Shown: positions 41,101 to 50,608, counted from the first letter of the stretch. The stretch is DNA of 64,000 nucleotides from an uncultured Ignavibacteriota bacterium (GCA_903958625.1 CAJBTU010000072.1:4682-68681), one strand, 5' to 3'. The notes: generated from the sequence alone by a model not told the origin. A program made the numbers and translations.

Positions 41101-42717
41101 TTCTTCGCGGATCGGATCGATCGGCGGATTGGTCACCTGCGCGAACAATTGTTTGAAGTAATTGAACAGCGACTGCGGTTTGTCGGACAAACACGCCAGC
41201 GGCGTGTCGGTTCCCATTGAACCGATCGCCTCTTCGCCGTTCACCGCCATCGGCGTTACGATCATCCGCACATCTTCGTCGCTGTAGCCGAACATTCGTT
41301 GCCGCTGCACAATATCTTTTTCGCTCAACACGTGCGAGCGCGGAGGCTCGGCAAGCTGCTCAAGCGTTATCTGATTCTCTTTGATCCAGTTACCGTACGG
41401 CTTGCGCGAACTTAATTGCGCTTTGATCTCTTCGTCAAGAATTACCCTCTTCTGCTCAAGGTCAACCAGCAGCATTTTTCCCGGTTCAAGTCTCCCCTTC
41501 GTTTTTACCCTCTCCTGTTCGATCGGAAGCACGCCGACTTCCGATGCCATGATCAGTAATCCGTCGTGAGTTTCAATATACCGTGCGGGACGAAGTCCGT
41601 TCCGGTCCAGTGTCGCACCGATAACTTTTCCGTCGGTGAATGCGACTGCCGCCGGTCCGTCCCACGGCTCCATCAGCGACGCATGATATTCATAGAATGC
41701 TTTTTTCTCCGGCGACATGGTTACATCCATGCTCCACGCTTCGGGGATCAGCATAGACATAACGTGCGGCAGACTTCTTCCGGAGTGATACAATAATTCA
41801 ACGGCGTTATCGAGCGCGGCGGAATCGCTGCCATCGGGCTGAATGATCGGAAATAATTTTTTCATGTCGTCGCCGAACAGATCGGATTTCAAGACCGACT
41901 GGCGTGCATACATCCAGCTAACATTGCCGCGCATCGTATTGATCTCGCCGTTGTGACTCACAAATCTGAATGGATGCGCCAGGTGCCAGTTCGGCATTGT
42001 GTTGGTGGAAAAGCGCTGATGCACAAGACACAGTGCGCTTTCCGTGTCGGTATCCGACAGTTCGCTGTAGAACTGCTTGATCTGCGGAGCAAGCAGCAGT
42101 CCCTTATAGATGATCACGCGTGACGACAGCGAAGGAATATAAAAGAAATCTTTTTCTTTGATATCGGATGCATAGAGCTCGGCTTCCACCCGTTTTCGCA
42201 CTACAAACAGTTTGCGGTCGAATTCTTCCCGCGTCATTCCTTCTGCGCGGCGGATAAAGATCTGCTCTATATAAGGCTGCGAAGCGCGTGCTATGCGGCC
42301 GATCGCATCGGCACCCACTGGCGTATCTCTCCATCCGAGCACGGTCAGTTCTTCTTCCCGGACGATGCGCTCTAAAATTCCTTCGCAGATCAACCGCGAC
42401 GTTTGATTCACCGGCAGGAAGACAATGCCGACCCCATACTCCCCTTCTTCGGGAAGCGTGATGCCGATACTTTTGCATTCTTTAACGAAAAATTTGTGGG
42501 GAATCTGAATCGTTATCCCCGCACCGTCCCCTGTTTCAGGATCGCAGCCGCACGCGCCCCGGTGTGTAAGATTGATCAGGATCTCAATTCCTTTTGTGAT
42601 AACATCGTGGGACCGCTCTCCTTTGATGTTCACAATAAAACCGATCCCGCACGCATCGTGTTCGTTGCGCGGATCGTAAAGAGGAAAATTGTCCCCGTTT
42701 TGGTATGGTTCTTTCAT
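38146..42717 (-). CDS. gltB: Glutamate synthase large subunit
   Basis: 1523 aa with [33 protein letters not shown] and [12 protein letters not shown]. Confidence 0.97.
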   Translation of the reverse strand: MKEPYQNGDNFPLYDPRNEHDACGIGFIVNIKGERSHDVITKGIEILINLTHRGACGCDPETGDGAGITIQIPHKFFVKECKSIGITLPEEGEYGVGIVFLPVNQTSRLICEGILERIVREEELTVLGWRDTPVGADAIGRIARASQPYIEQIFIRRAEGMTREEFDRKLFVVRKRVEAELYASDIKEKDFFYIPSLSSRVIIYKGLLLAPQIKQFYSELSDTDTESALCLVHQRFSTNTMPNWHLAHPFRFVSHNGEINTMRGNVSWMYARQSVLKSDLFGDDMKKLFPIIQPDGSDSAALDNAVELLYHSGRSLPHVMSMLIPEAWSMDVTMSPEKKAFYEYHASLMEPWDGPAAVAFTDGKVIGATLDRNGLRPARYIETHDGLLIMASEVGVLPIEQERVKTKGRLEPGKMLLVDLEQKRVILDEEIKAQLSSRKPYGNWIKENQITLEQLAEPPRSHVLSEKDIVQRQRMFGYSDEDVRMIVTPMAVNGEEAIGSMGTDTPLACLSDKPQSLFNYFKQLFAQVTNPPIDPIREEFVMSLTSYIGTERNILEETPLHCHTLKLQHPILTNVELEKLRRVSQGDFLTTTLPMLFRVNGGEQELERALDGLCRRASLAIESGYSIIILSDRGSDEEYAPIPSLLAMTAVHNHLVREKTRTQVALVVESGEPREIMHYCLLIGYGASAVNPYLAIETIEDLANKGRLSKDVTAEYAVKNYKKAVGKGLLKVFSKMGISTLQSYRGAQIFEIIGLNKKVVEKYFHGTSSRIEGIGLDVLVEEARRKHEFAFQPFSQANTELDLGGNYHFRSSGERHLINPTTVTKLQQSVRKRDFKTFKEFTSALNDQNKEFFTLRGLMEFKEGTRSVHIEDVEPAKQIVKRFVTGAMSFGSISKEAHETIAIAMNRIGGKSNTGEGGEDEARFRSDANGDLRRSAIKQVASGRFGVTANYLVNADEIQIKIAQGAKPGEGGQLPGFKVDEVIAKTRHSIAGVGLISPPPHHDIYSIEDLAQLIYDLKNVNPIARISVKLVSEVGVGTVAAGVAKAHADMILISGDNGGTGASPLTSIKHAGVPWELGLAETQQVLVMNDLRSRVRLQTDGKLQTGRDVVIAALLGAEEFGFSTTPLIAMGCIMMRKCHLNTCPVGIATQDPELRKKFTGTPEHVINFFFFIADEVREIMAKLGFRTLDEMIGRVDMLQQRKDVDHWKAKGVDLSSILHQPTVPLRIGRRCMIPQDHGINEALDYQLLEQTKIALEEKKPVELSLTIRNVHRTVGALLSGRIAKYYGAEGLPESTITINFTGSAGQSFGAFLSKGVTLKLEGDANDYVGKGLSGGKIIIFPPKNSSFVPEDNSIVGNVVLYGATSGEAYFGGKAGERFAVRNSGATVVVESVGANGCEYMTNGIVVVLGKTGKNFAAGMSGGYAFVLDEDGEFATKMCNKSIVDLDALNIDDERLVQNLIKRHVDLTGSRRGERILIEWETFKMKFVKVFPHDYKRVLNAKQKMLEETVTLKKNGSDKEAVNG

Positions 42718-42719
42718 TC

Positions 42720-43247
42720 TTACACTTCTCCGACAAATTCTCTTTTTAAGGCAACGCGCCCGGTGCGGGCAATTTCCTTTATGTGGAACGGTTTCAGCAT
42801 TTTGATGATCGCATCAACCTTTTGTCCGCTTCCCGTTGATTCCACCGTCACAGTTTTATGACTGATGTCGATGATCTTGGCCTGAAAGATCTCCACGATC
42901 TGCATGATCTCCGAACGATTGTCCGGCGTTGTGCCGATCTTGATCAGCGCAAGTTCCCTCTCCATAAAACTGTCATACGTCAGATCGACAACTTTCAGCG
43001 TATCGATCAGCTTATTCAGTTGTTTAATGATCTGTTCGATGATGGCATCATCTCCGCGGGTAACAATCGTCATTCGGGAGACAGAAATATCTTCGGTCGG
43101 ACCAACGGTGATACTTTCCAGATTGTACCCTTTTGCCGAGAACATCCCTGCTACGCGGTTCAACGCGCCAAACTTATTTTCTAGCAATACGGAGATCGTA
43201 TGTTTGTGCGTTGTTTCGTTGGCGGGTATTTCTGTGCTGTTGCTCAT
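42720..43247 (-). CDS. ilvN: Acetolactate synthase small (regulatory) subunit
   Basis: Motifs [25 protein letters not shown] and EIARTG. Confidence 0.95.
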   Translation of the reverse strand: MSNSTEIPANETTHKHTISVLLENKFGALNRVAGMFSAKGYNLESITVGPTEDISVSRMTIVTRGDDAIIEQIIKQLNKLIDTLKVVDLTYDSFMERELALIKIGTTPDNRSEIMQIVEIFQAKIIDISHKTVTVESTGSGQKVDAIIKMLKPFHIKEIARTGRVALKREFVGEV

Positions 43248-43250
43248 ACG

Positions 43251-45020
43251 TTATCCTTTGGTAATAGTGACCATTTCAATGTCTGATTCTTTTTCGCCGT
43301 TGATAGACACCGTCTTTTCTTCCGGCATATCGATAATTTCATGATAGGTCTGTCCCGCCGGAATCATCGGATAGACATTATCCTCTTTTACCACTTTGAA
43401 TTCTGCAAGCACCGGACCGTCAATAGTAAACATTTTATTAATAACGTCCTCCACCTCATCCGTCAGCGTTGCACGAAAACCCGGAATGCCGTACGCTTCG
43501 GCAAGTTTCACGTAATCCGGACCGAACATTTCCACTTGCGAATACCGCTTACGCCAGAACAGTTCCTGCCACTGACGGACCATTCCAAGATAACCATTGT
43601 TAAGGATAATTATTTTAATGGGCACACTGTGTTCGCGGATTGTCGCCAGTTCTTGAATATTCATCTGAAACCCTCCGTCGCCGCTGATCGAAATGACCGG
43701 AAAATCTTTTCGTGCAAACGCGGCACCCATCGATGCGGGAAGCGAAAACCCCATCGTTCCAAGTCCCCCGGATGTCAAATGCGTGCGCGGATACACGTAT
43801 TTGTAAAATTGTGCGGTCCACATTTGATGCTGCCCCACATCGCTGACGATAATGGCTTTCCCTTTGGTGATTTCAGAAATTTTTTGAATGACGTGCTGCA
43901 TCCGGATATATTTTCCGTTCCGGTAGCGAAGCGGGTGCTCTTCCTTCCAATTTTTTATTGTCTGGATCCAATCTTTTGTGTCAAGCGCTGTTACGGATGG
44001 CAGTAATTGCTGAAGCACCTTTTTCACGTCGCCGACGATCGGAACATCGACCTTAACATTCTTACTGATGTTCGACGGATCAACATCGATATGGATCTTC
44101 TTTGCTTCGGGTGCAAACGCATCCGTCTTACCTGTTACTCGGTCGTCAAACCGTGCGCCGACCGAAATTAAAAGATCGGAATAATTCACGGCGGAATTTG
44201 AATACCATGTGCCATGCATTCCCAACATGCCAAGCGAGAGTTCGTCGGTCTCCGGAAATGCGCCGAGCCCGTGCAGTGTTGTCGTCACCGGAATTTTTGT
44301 TTTGTGCGCGAACTTCGTCAACTCTTCTGAAGCGTTGGAAAGAATTGTTCCGCCGCCGACATACAGCACCGGACGTTTTGCTTTTGCAATCAAGGCGATG
44401 GCTTTGTCCAATTGTTTTTGATGTCCTTCAATGTGGGGAACGTACGAACGCATCTTCACGTTTTTCGGATAACTGAACATTGTTTTCATCGCCATAACAT
44501 CTTTAGGAAGATCGACCAGCACGGGGCCGGGCCGGCCGGTCGTAGCAACATAGAATGCTTCTTTGATCGTTGCGGCAAGCTCGTTCACATCGCGAACAAG
44601 ATAATTGTGTTTTGTGATCGGACGGGTGATGCCGACAATATCTGCTTCCTGAAAGGCATCGTTGCCGATCAGCTTCAGCGCAACTTGGCCGGTAAATACC
44701 ACGATCGGTATCGAGTCCATATATGCATCGGCAATTCCGGTCACCGTGTTCGTTGCACCCGGACCGGATGTCACAAGGGCGACACCGGGTTTGCCGCTGG
44801 CTTTTGCGTAACCTTCTGCGGCATGCACTGCGCCTTGTTCGTGCCGGGTAAGGATATGTTTGATGTCGGAAATATCGTGGAGCGCATCATAGATGCCGAT
44901 CACGGCACCGCCGGGATATCCGAAAACGATATCAACTTTTTCTTCGATCAACGATCGAACAAAGATTTCTGCGCCGGTCATTTGCCGTTGCGGAGACGGG
45001 GGAGAAGTATGTTGAGTCAT
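43251..45020 (-). CDS. ilvB: Acetolactate synthase large subunit
   Basis: Motifs FGYPGG, RHEQGA, TSGPGATN and GDGGFQMN. The start ATG 45020 follows AGGTG. Confidence 0.95.
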   Translation of the reverse strand: MTQHTSPPSPQRQMTGAEIFVRSLIEEKVDIVFGYPGGAVIGIYDALHDISDIKHILTRHEQGAVHAAEGYAKASGKPGVALVTSGPGATNTVTGIADAYMDSIPIVVFTGQVALKLIGNDAFQEADIVGITRPITKHNYLVRDVNELAATIKEAFYVATTGRPGPVLVDLPKDVMAMKTMFSYPKNVKMRSYVPHIEGHQKQLDKAIALIAKAKRPVLYVGGGTILSNASEELTKFAHKTKIPVTTTLHGLGAFPETDELSLGMLGMHGTWYSNSAVNYSDLLISVGARFDDRVTGKTDAFAPEAKKIHIDVDPSNISKNVKVDVPIVGDVKKVLQQLLPSVTALDTKDWIQTIKNWKEEHPLRYRNGKYIRMQHVIQKISEITKGKAIIVSDVGQHQMWTAQFYKYVYPRTHLTSGGLGTMGFSLPASMGAAFARKDFPVISISGDGGFQMNIQELATIREHSVPIKIIILNNGYLGMVRQWQELFWRKRYSQVEMFGPDYVKLAEAYGIPGFRATLTDEVEDVINKMFTIDGPVLAEFKVVKEDNVYPMIPAGQTYHEIIDMPEEKTVSINGEKESDIEMVTITKG

Positions 45021-45022
45021 AG

Positions 45023-45193
45023 AACACCTGTTAAATAATAACAATACACAACCTCGGTGCAGAGGTTACGCCCTGTTATTATTTCTCACGTGTTGCTGAT
45101 TGATTTTTTTGTGATATGTTTTTTTGGGAGTAACCTCTGCGTTTTCTTAGCCGATAATAGTTAGGCGTAGAATCGCAAAAGTAATTCCCAAAA
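45023..45193 (-). promoter_or_regulatory. Attenuator-like RNA switch in the ilvB leader (alternative helices 1:2, 2:3, 3:4)
   Basis: Segment 1 (45174-45193) pairs with segment 2 (45122-45141) at 18 of 20 positions including G-U. 45130-45140 is the perfect 11-bp complement of 45059-45069. A long hairpin at 45023-45094 covers the ilvB RBS. Confidence 0.75.
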
Positions 45194-45296
45194 GAATAAT
45201 AATGCCGCTCAGCGGAAGAAGTGTTGCCGGCACAGCAATCGTACTAACGCGCATGCGCTTCGAAACGATTTCTGTATGTGTGTTGTATGCGGGCAT
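45147..45296 (-). CDS. Putative Ile/Leu/Val/Thr-rich leader peptide (49 aa; alternative start 45254 gives 35 aa)
   Basis: Manual translation: MPAYNTHTEIVSKRMRVSTIAVPATLLPLSGIIILLGITFAILRLTIIG*. It has 9 Ile, 7 Leu, 3 Val and 6 Thr, and lies between a promoter and ilvB. Confidence 0.75.
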   Translation of the reverse strand: MPAYNTHTEIVSKRMRVSTIAVPATLLPLSGIIILLGITFAILRLTIIG

Positions 45297-45341
45297 TCTT
45301 TTGTTGGTTACGTTAGAAGTGCAACTTGGTTACACATATAT

Positions 45342-45369
45342 AAGATACCATAATCCGTTCCGTTGTCAA
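45342..45369 (-). promoter_or_regulatory. Sigma70-type promoter of the leader/ilvB supercluster
   Basis: Minus strand reads TTGACA-16 bp (ending TGG, extended -10)-TATCTT. Confidence 0.65.
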
Positions 45370-45406
45370 GAAAATATTTCGTATCTTAAAAAAAATTATT
45401 CCTTTT

Positions 45407-46792
45407 ATGGTTTATCAATCTCACGATACGATCGCGGCAATTGCTACACCGATTGGTGTTGGCGGTATATCCGTTATAAGAATTAGCGGGCCTGCGGCGT
45501 TTAATATGGCCGATGCCGTGTTCCGAGGATCTGCGGCAGCAAAAGATTCTGTCTCCCATTCAATCCACTATGGATCCGTTGTAGACCCTGTTTCACGTGA
45601 AACTATCGATACCATACTTTTGTCTGTTTTTCGTAACCCAAATTCATATACAGGCGAAGACATTGTAGAGCTAAGTTCGCATGGCGGGTATTATGTTTCG
45701 CAAAAAATTCTGTTGCTCTTGTATCATATGGGTGCCCGGCCGGCAGAACCGGGGGAGTTTACTCTTCGGGCATTCCTTAATGGTAAACTTGACCTGGCTC
45801 AAGCGGAAGCCGTTGCCGATATAATACATTCTAAGACCGAACGGGCTCACAAGGCTTCTGTTGAACAATTAAGCGGAAAACTTTCTGCGATAGTTAAAGA
45901 CCTTAGAGAGGAAATACTTAATATTTGTTCATTGCTTGAACTTGAACTGGATTTTTCGCAAGAGGGAATTGCATTAACGGACAAAAATACTGTTGTAGAA
46001 AAACTATTGCGTGTTGAAAAGAGTGTTAACAACCTCTCTGCAAGTTACCGGGAAGGGAAGATCATTAAAGAGGGAATCAGAGTGGCGCTTGTGGGAAAGC
46101 CAAACGCCGGCAAATCAAGCCTCTTGAATGTTTTATTGATGGAGGAGAGAGCAATTGTCAGCGAAATTGCCGGAACTACCAGGGACACCATCGAAGAAAG
46201 CATTCTTCTGGATGGAGTGGAATTTGTTTTTAACGATACGGCGGGTTTAAGAGAATCGATTGATACGCTTGAGCTCGAGGGTATTAAAAGAACCTCTCGG
46301 GCCATAGAGGGGGCAGACGTAATTCTTTTATTACTTGATGGTTCTCTGAATCACTCCCCGGAAGATTTAAATTTTTACAATGATCTTATTGAAAAATATC
46401 GGAATTCAAAATCCATCCTGTGGCTGATAAATAAATCTGATATCAAGACAAAATTTGTGAATCCTCTCGGGATTGACAATCCAATATGGATTTCGTGTAA
46501 AACTCACGAAGGCATTAATGCCCTTAAGAAAAGACTCCTTGAGACTTCTCTTCCTCATTATGACTCTGCGGCTGCCTCGGTAACCATAACCAGTGGCCGG
46601 CACAGGGATGCCCTCGAAAAGGCTTCTCTGTCTATAGGGTCGGCCAGAAAAACTATAGAGGGGGGCCTTGGGGGCGATTTTGCCGCGGTTGATTTAAGGG
46701 GTGCGCTCAACTATCTTGGTGAGATTATAGGAATTACCACTCCCGATGACATTCTAAACAACATTTTTTCAAACTTTTGTATAGGGAAATAA
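45407..46792 (+). CDS. mnmE: tRNA U34 modification GTPase
   Basis: Motifs DTIAAIATP, GKPNAGKSS, GTTRD and DTAG, with C-terminal FCIGK. Confidence 0.97.
   Translation: MVYQSHDTIAAIATPIGVGGISVIRISGPAAFNMADAVFRGSAAAKDSVSHSIHYGSVVDPVSRETIDTILLSVFRNPNSYTGEDIVELSSHGGYYVSQKILLLLYHMGARPAEPGEFTLRAFLNGKLDLAQAEAVADIIHSKTERAHKASVEQLSGKLSAIVKDLREEILNICSLLELELDFSQEGIALTDKNTVVEKLLRVEKSVNNLSASYREGKIIKEGIRVALVGKPNAGKSSLLNVLLMEERAIVSEIAGTTRDTIEESILLDGVEFVFNDTAGLRESIDTLELEGIKRTSRAIEGADVILLLLDGSLNHSPEDLNFYNDLIEKYRNSKSILWLINKSDIKTKFVNPLGIDNPIWISCKTHEGINALKKRLLETSLPHYDSAAASVTITSGRHRDALEKASLSIGSARKTIEGGLGGDFAAVDLRGALNYLGEIIGITTPDDILNNIFSNFCIGK
45589..45604. promoter_or_regulatory. parS: parS site 1 (inside mnmE)
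   Basis: TGTTTCACGTGAAACT, a 15/16 match to the canonical TGTTTCACGTGAAACA. Confidence 0.85.
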
Positions 46793-46841
46793 TCTGTCGG
46801 ATTTTCAATGCTCCATTGCTTATCGAAGCCCCGGATTAGAT

Positions 46842-46857
46842 GGTTCCACGTGAAACA
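46842..46857. promoter_or_regulatory. parS: parS site 2 (immediately before mnmG)
   Basis: GGTTCCACGTGAAACA. Confidence 0.85.
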
Positions 46858-46859
46858 CT

Positions 46860-48749
46860 TTGCTGATAAATAACCCAAAACCATATTATGATGTAATTGT
46901 TGTCGGCGGCGGTCACGCAGGGATAGAAGCGTCCTTGGCTGCTTCCAGGATGGGCTGCTTAACTCTTTTGGTATCTCTTAAGTCTAACGCCATTGGAAGA
47001 ATGTCTTGCAATCCGGCAATCGGGGGGACCGCCAAGGGACACCTGGTTCGGGAAATAGATGCTCTGGGCGGTGAAATGGGAAAGATTGCCGACGCTACGG
47101 GAATTCAATTTAAGATGTTAAACACATCTAAGGGTCCGGCGGTTTGGTCGCCCCGGAGCCAGAACGACAGGGAGTGGTACTCAAAAGAAGCTCAGAGAAG
47201 AGTTGTCCATCAAAATAATCTGGATGTTATTGAGGACTCGGTTGCCGAAATTATCGTTAAGCTGAATACGCTAAAGGGGATTCGGACTTTCCTTCGTCAT
47301 GAAATTTCCTGCGGTGCCATGGTGCTTTGTGCGGGGACTTTTCTTAATGGTTTGATGCACACCGGCGAAAAGAATAGGGTGGGAGGAAGGTTTGGGGAAG
47401 CTCCTGCTCTTGGTGTTACCGAGAGTTTGCGCTCTCTGGGATTTTCTTCGGGAAGATTAAAAACCGGAACTCCTCCGCGTATCGATCTTAACAGTATCGA
47501 TCTTTCTAAAACAGAAATTCAAAATAGCGACAATCCCCCAATTCCTTTTTCTTACCACAATGAAAAAATATTAAACCGGTTGATTCCGATGTATTTAACG
47601 TACACAAATCCGGCAACCCATAATATTTTGGAAAAAGGTTTTGACCGCTCTCCATTGTTTACAGGTCGAATCAAGGGGGTGGGCCCCCGTTATTGTCCTT
47701 CTATTGAAGATAAGATCTTTCGATTCGCCGATAGAGATCGCCATCAGATATTTCTTGAGCCGGAGGGTTACGACACCAATGTAGTTTATGTGAACGGGTT
47801 TTCAACGAGCCTTCCGGAGGAAATTCAGTTTGAAGGAATTCGATCTATTGTCGGGCTGGAAAATTCTAAAATGATCCGGCCCGGCTATGCCGTTGAATAT
47901 GATTACTTTCCGCCGCACCAGCTGCGGCATACACTTGAAACAAAAATAGTAGCCGGGCTTTTTCTTGCCGGACAGATCAACGGAACATCGGGGTATGAAG
48001 AGGCGGCGGGACAAGGATTGATTGCAGGAATAAACGCGGCCTTAAAAATTCAAAAAAGAAATCCATTTGTTGTTCAGCGAAGCGAAGGATACATTGGTGT
48101 CATGATCGATGATCTAATTAATAAGTCTACGGACGAACCTTATCGCATGTTCACTTCGCGGGCAGAATACCGGTTGTTGTTAAGACAGGATAATGCCGAC
48201 CGTAGATTAATGCGGGCCGGCTTTGAGTTGGGATTGATTGCACAAGAAATGATTGAACGTCTTGATGAAAAAGAAAATATTGTGGAAGAAACAATTCGAT
48301 ATTTACAATCAACAACTATTTCTCCCGCAAAAATAAATCCGCTGCTTGAGTCGAAAAACGAATCGCCGATTCTCGAAAACGATCTCTTATCAAAAATTAT
48401 TCGCCGCACAAATATCGGTGTATGGGATGTTGCACAAGTGGTTGAAATTGAAAATATTAAAACAAATTTGTTGCGCGCGGATGTTGGTCAGCAGGTAGAA
48501 ATTGATATGAAGTATGAAGGTTACATTCGTCGACAAAACGAACAGATACTTCGCTTTGCAAAATTCGAGGAATATATTATTCCTGAACATTTTGATTACA
48601 CATTAATCTCTTCGCTCAGTACCGAGGGGAAGGAAAAATTACATAAAATTCGTCCCCGCTCAATCGGGCAGGCGTCAAGAATTTCGGGGGTTACCAACTC
48701 CGACATTTCTGTGCTGAGCATATTTTTAAAACAACTCGAAGGAAGGTAA
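46860..48749 (+). CDS. mnmG: tRNA uridine-5-carboxymethylaminomethyl synthesis enzyme (GidA)
   Basis: Motifs VVGGGHAG, MSCNPAIGG, RLKTGTPPR, GPRYCPSIEDK and GQINGTSGYEEAA. Confidence 0.97.
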   Translation: MLINNPKPYYDVIVVGGGHAGIEASLAASRMGCLTLLVSLKSNAIGRMSCNPAIGGTAKGHLVREIDALGGEMGKIADATGIQFKMLNTSKGPAVWSPRSQNDREWYSKEAQRRVVHQNNLDVIEDSVAEIIVKLNTLKGIRTFLRHEISCGAMVLCAGTFLNGLMHTGEKNRVGGRFGEAPALGVTESLRSLGFSSGRLKTGTPPRIDLNSIDLSKTEIQNSDNPPIPFSYHNEKILNRLIPMYLTYTNPATHNILEKGFDRSPLFTGRIKGVGPRYCPSIEDKIFRFADRDRHQIFLEPEGYDTNVVYVNGFSTSLPEEIQFEGIRSIVGLENSKMIRPGYAVEYDYFPPHQLRHTLETKIVAGLFLAGQINGTSGYEEAAGQGLIAGINAALKIQKRNPFVVQRSEGYIGVMIDDLINKSTDEPYRMFTSRAEYRLLLRQDNADRRLMRAGFELGLIAQEMIERLDEKENIVEETIRYLQSTTISPAKINPLLESKNESPILENDLLSKIIRRTNIGVWDVAQVVEIENIKTNLLRADVGQQVEIDMKYEGYIRRQNEQILRFAKFEEYIIPEHFDYTLISSLSTEGKEKLHKIRPRSIGQASRISGVTNSDISVLSIFLKQLEGR

Positions 48750-48783
48750 ATCTTCGGGGTATTTTTTTTCAGTTTACCCCTCC

Positions 48784-48799
48784 GGTTTCACGTGGAACT
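48784..48799. promoter_or_regulatory. parS: parS site 3 (abutting the rsmG ATG)
   Basis: GGTTTCACGTGGAACT. Confidence 0.8.
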
Positions 48800-49507
48800 A
48801 TGAACGAAGAAGAGCTCTGGCTATATTCTCTTTGCAAGAACAACGGTGTTGCTATAACGGACATACAAATTCGCCGTCTTTCCGCCTTCAAATCATTGCT
48901 TCTTGATTGGAACAAGAAAATCAATCTTGTTTCCCGGAAGAACGAAGAAAACATTTGGCGGGGACACATATCGCTTTCGGTTTCGTTATTGTTCAAACTA
49001 AATTTCCGGCCGCGAATGAGGATTCTCGATCTGGGAACCGGCGGCGGCTTTCCCGGTATTCCTTTGGCCATCATGCTTCCAGAATGCTCGTTCCTTCTGC
49101 TCGACTCCACTCAAAAAAAAGTGACGGCCGTGCAGTCTATGGCGGACTCGCTTGAGCTTTCAAATGTACGCTCGGCTTGGGGAAGGGCGGAAGACTTACA
49201 AAACAAGCCCGAATATTATCATACCTTTGACGCGGTCGTTGTTCGCTCGGTAAGCAATCTCACAAATCTTTTGAATTGGGGGTTACCTTTTCTTAAACAG
49301 TTTAAGGGTGAAAATATTCATTCTGAAAAGGTTACCGTGGCCGTTCCTTCTTTAATAACCTTTAAGGGGTCCGAAATTGAAGAGGAAGAACAATCGGCGA
49401 AAAATGCTTATCCCAATATTATTTTAAAGGACATACCATTAATCTTTCGCGGAAGCGAATGTTTTGATAATCTCGACAAAAAACTTATCGTCGCCCACTT
49501 GAATTAA
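48800..49507 (+). CDS. rsmG: 16S rRNA m7G527 methyltransferase (GidB)
   Basis: Motifs WNKKINLVS, LDLGTGGGFPGIPLAI, LLDSTQKK and GRAED. Confidence 0.93.
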   Translation: MNEEELWLYSLCKNNGVAITDIQIRRLSAFKSLLLDWNKKINLVSRKNEENIWRGHISLSVSLLFKLNFRPRMRILDLGTGGGFPGIPLAIMLPECSFLLLDSTQKKVTAVQSMADSLELSNVRSAWGRAEDLQNKPEYYHTFDAVVVRSVSNLTNLLNWGLPFLKQFKGENIHSEKVTVAVPSLITFKGSEIEEEEQSAKNAYPNIILKDIPLIFRGSECFDNLDKKLIVAHLN

Positions 49508-49519
49508 TCCGAGGTCGTT

Positions 49520-50476
49520 GTGGAAAATAAAGAACTCTTTTTTCAGCTGCAAAAACTCTCCACGGAACAACGCAATCCATCTTCAATGGATATTGATGCG
49601 CGTTCTGTCACAGATATTCTGACCATCATTAATAGCGAAGATAAAAAAGTTGCGCTTGCCGTTGAGACGCAGATTCCCTACATCGCCATGGCGGTTGAAC
49701 TGGTTGTTAAAGCTTTTCGAAGCGGGGGAAGATTAATCTATGTTGGGGCCGGCACAAGCGGACGCGTAGGGGTTGTCGATGCAAGCGAATGTCCTCCTAC
49801 ATTCGGCGTACCGCATGATATGGTTCAGGGTGTAATCGCCGGTGGCGAGGGGGCTATGTTCAAGGCGGTAGAGGGGGCGGAAGATAAGCCCGAGGGTGGT
49901 GCGCGCGACGTTGATGTCAAAGATGTCGGGCCAAACGATGTCGTCTGCGGCATTGCCGCAAGTATGCGCACGCCATATGTGATCGGAGCGGTGGTTCGCG
50001 CAAAAGCTCGCGGGGCAAAAACATTATATGTTACTACGAATCCCCGCACGAATTTAGATCTTCCGGAATACAGACCGCTTGCCGACGCACTTGATGTTGC
50101 CATCTGCGCCGAGGTTGGGCCCGAAGTGGTGATGGGTTCCACAAGAATGAAAAGCGGAACCGCACAGAAGATGATACTGAACATGATTACAACTGCGGCG
50201 ATGATCCGCCTCGGCAAGATCTATGAAAATATGATGATCGATCTGCAGATGACGAACAATAAATTAGTCGAAAGAGCAAAACGGGTGGTGATGACCGTTA
50301 CCGGTGTTGATTATGCGGTAGCAGAAAAACACCTGGGTGATGCCGGTGGACATGTGAAGACGGCCATTGTCATGATCAAGGCAAATGTTGGATACGATGA
50401 GGCGACAGAACGATTACGGCGGGCAAGCGGATTTGTCAGGGCTGCAATCGAAGGAAAGGAATATACCATTGCTTAA
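49520..50476 (+). CDS. murQ: N-acetylmuramic acid 6-phosphate etherase
   Basis: Motifs TEQRNP, GAGTSGR, DASECPPTFG and GSTRMKSGTAQK. Confidence 0.95.
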   Translation: MENKELFFQLQKLSTEQRNPSSMDIDARSVTDILTIINSEDKKVALAVETQIPYIAMAVELVVKAFRSGGRLIYVGAGTSGRVGVVDASECPPTFGVPHDMVQGVIAGGEGAMFKAVEGAEDKPEGGARDVDVKDVGPNDVVCGIAASMRTPYVIGAVVRAKARGAKTLYVTTNPRTNLDLPEYRPLADALDVAICAEVGPEVVMGSTRMKSGTAQKMILNMITTAAMIRLGKIYENMMIDLQMTNNKLVERAKRVVMTVTGVDYAVAEKHLGDAGGHVKTAIVMIKANVGYDEATERLRRASGFVRAAIEGKEYTIA

Positions 50477-50579
50477 TCTTCGCCGTTCTTCCCGGCCTTA
50501 AAAGCCAACGCTATTCGCCTCCAAAATACTCTGCGATTTTATCCGCCGAAGGTTTACCTTTTTTGTCAACGCAAATTTC

Positions 50580-50608
50580 TTGACTACAATATTTGCCGTT
50601 TTTAATTT
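50580..50608 (+). promoter_or_regulatory. Putative promoter of the spoVG-like gene
   Basis: TTGACT-17 bp-TAATTT. Confidence 0.5.

Noticed and set aside
45033..45084. Hairpin before ilvB as a classical intrinsic terminator
   Set aside because: The core stem is only 6 bp and is followed by GUGUAUUGUUAUUAUUU rather than a U-run. It is not called as a terminator, though weak termination is not excluded.
45082..45097. CACGTG core in the ilvB leader as a fourth parS
   Set aside because: The flanks (TTTCT...TTGCT) do not fit the parS palindrome, and the sequence is better explained as part of the RBS-sequestering hairpin.
45202..45486. 94-aa + strand ORF from the ORF track upstream of mnmE
   Set aside because: It is antisense to the leader peptide, runs through both divergent promoters and overlaps mnmE out of frame.
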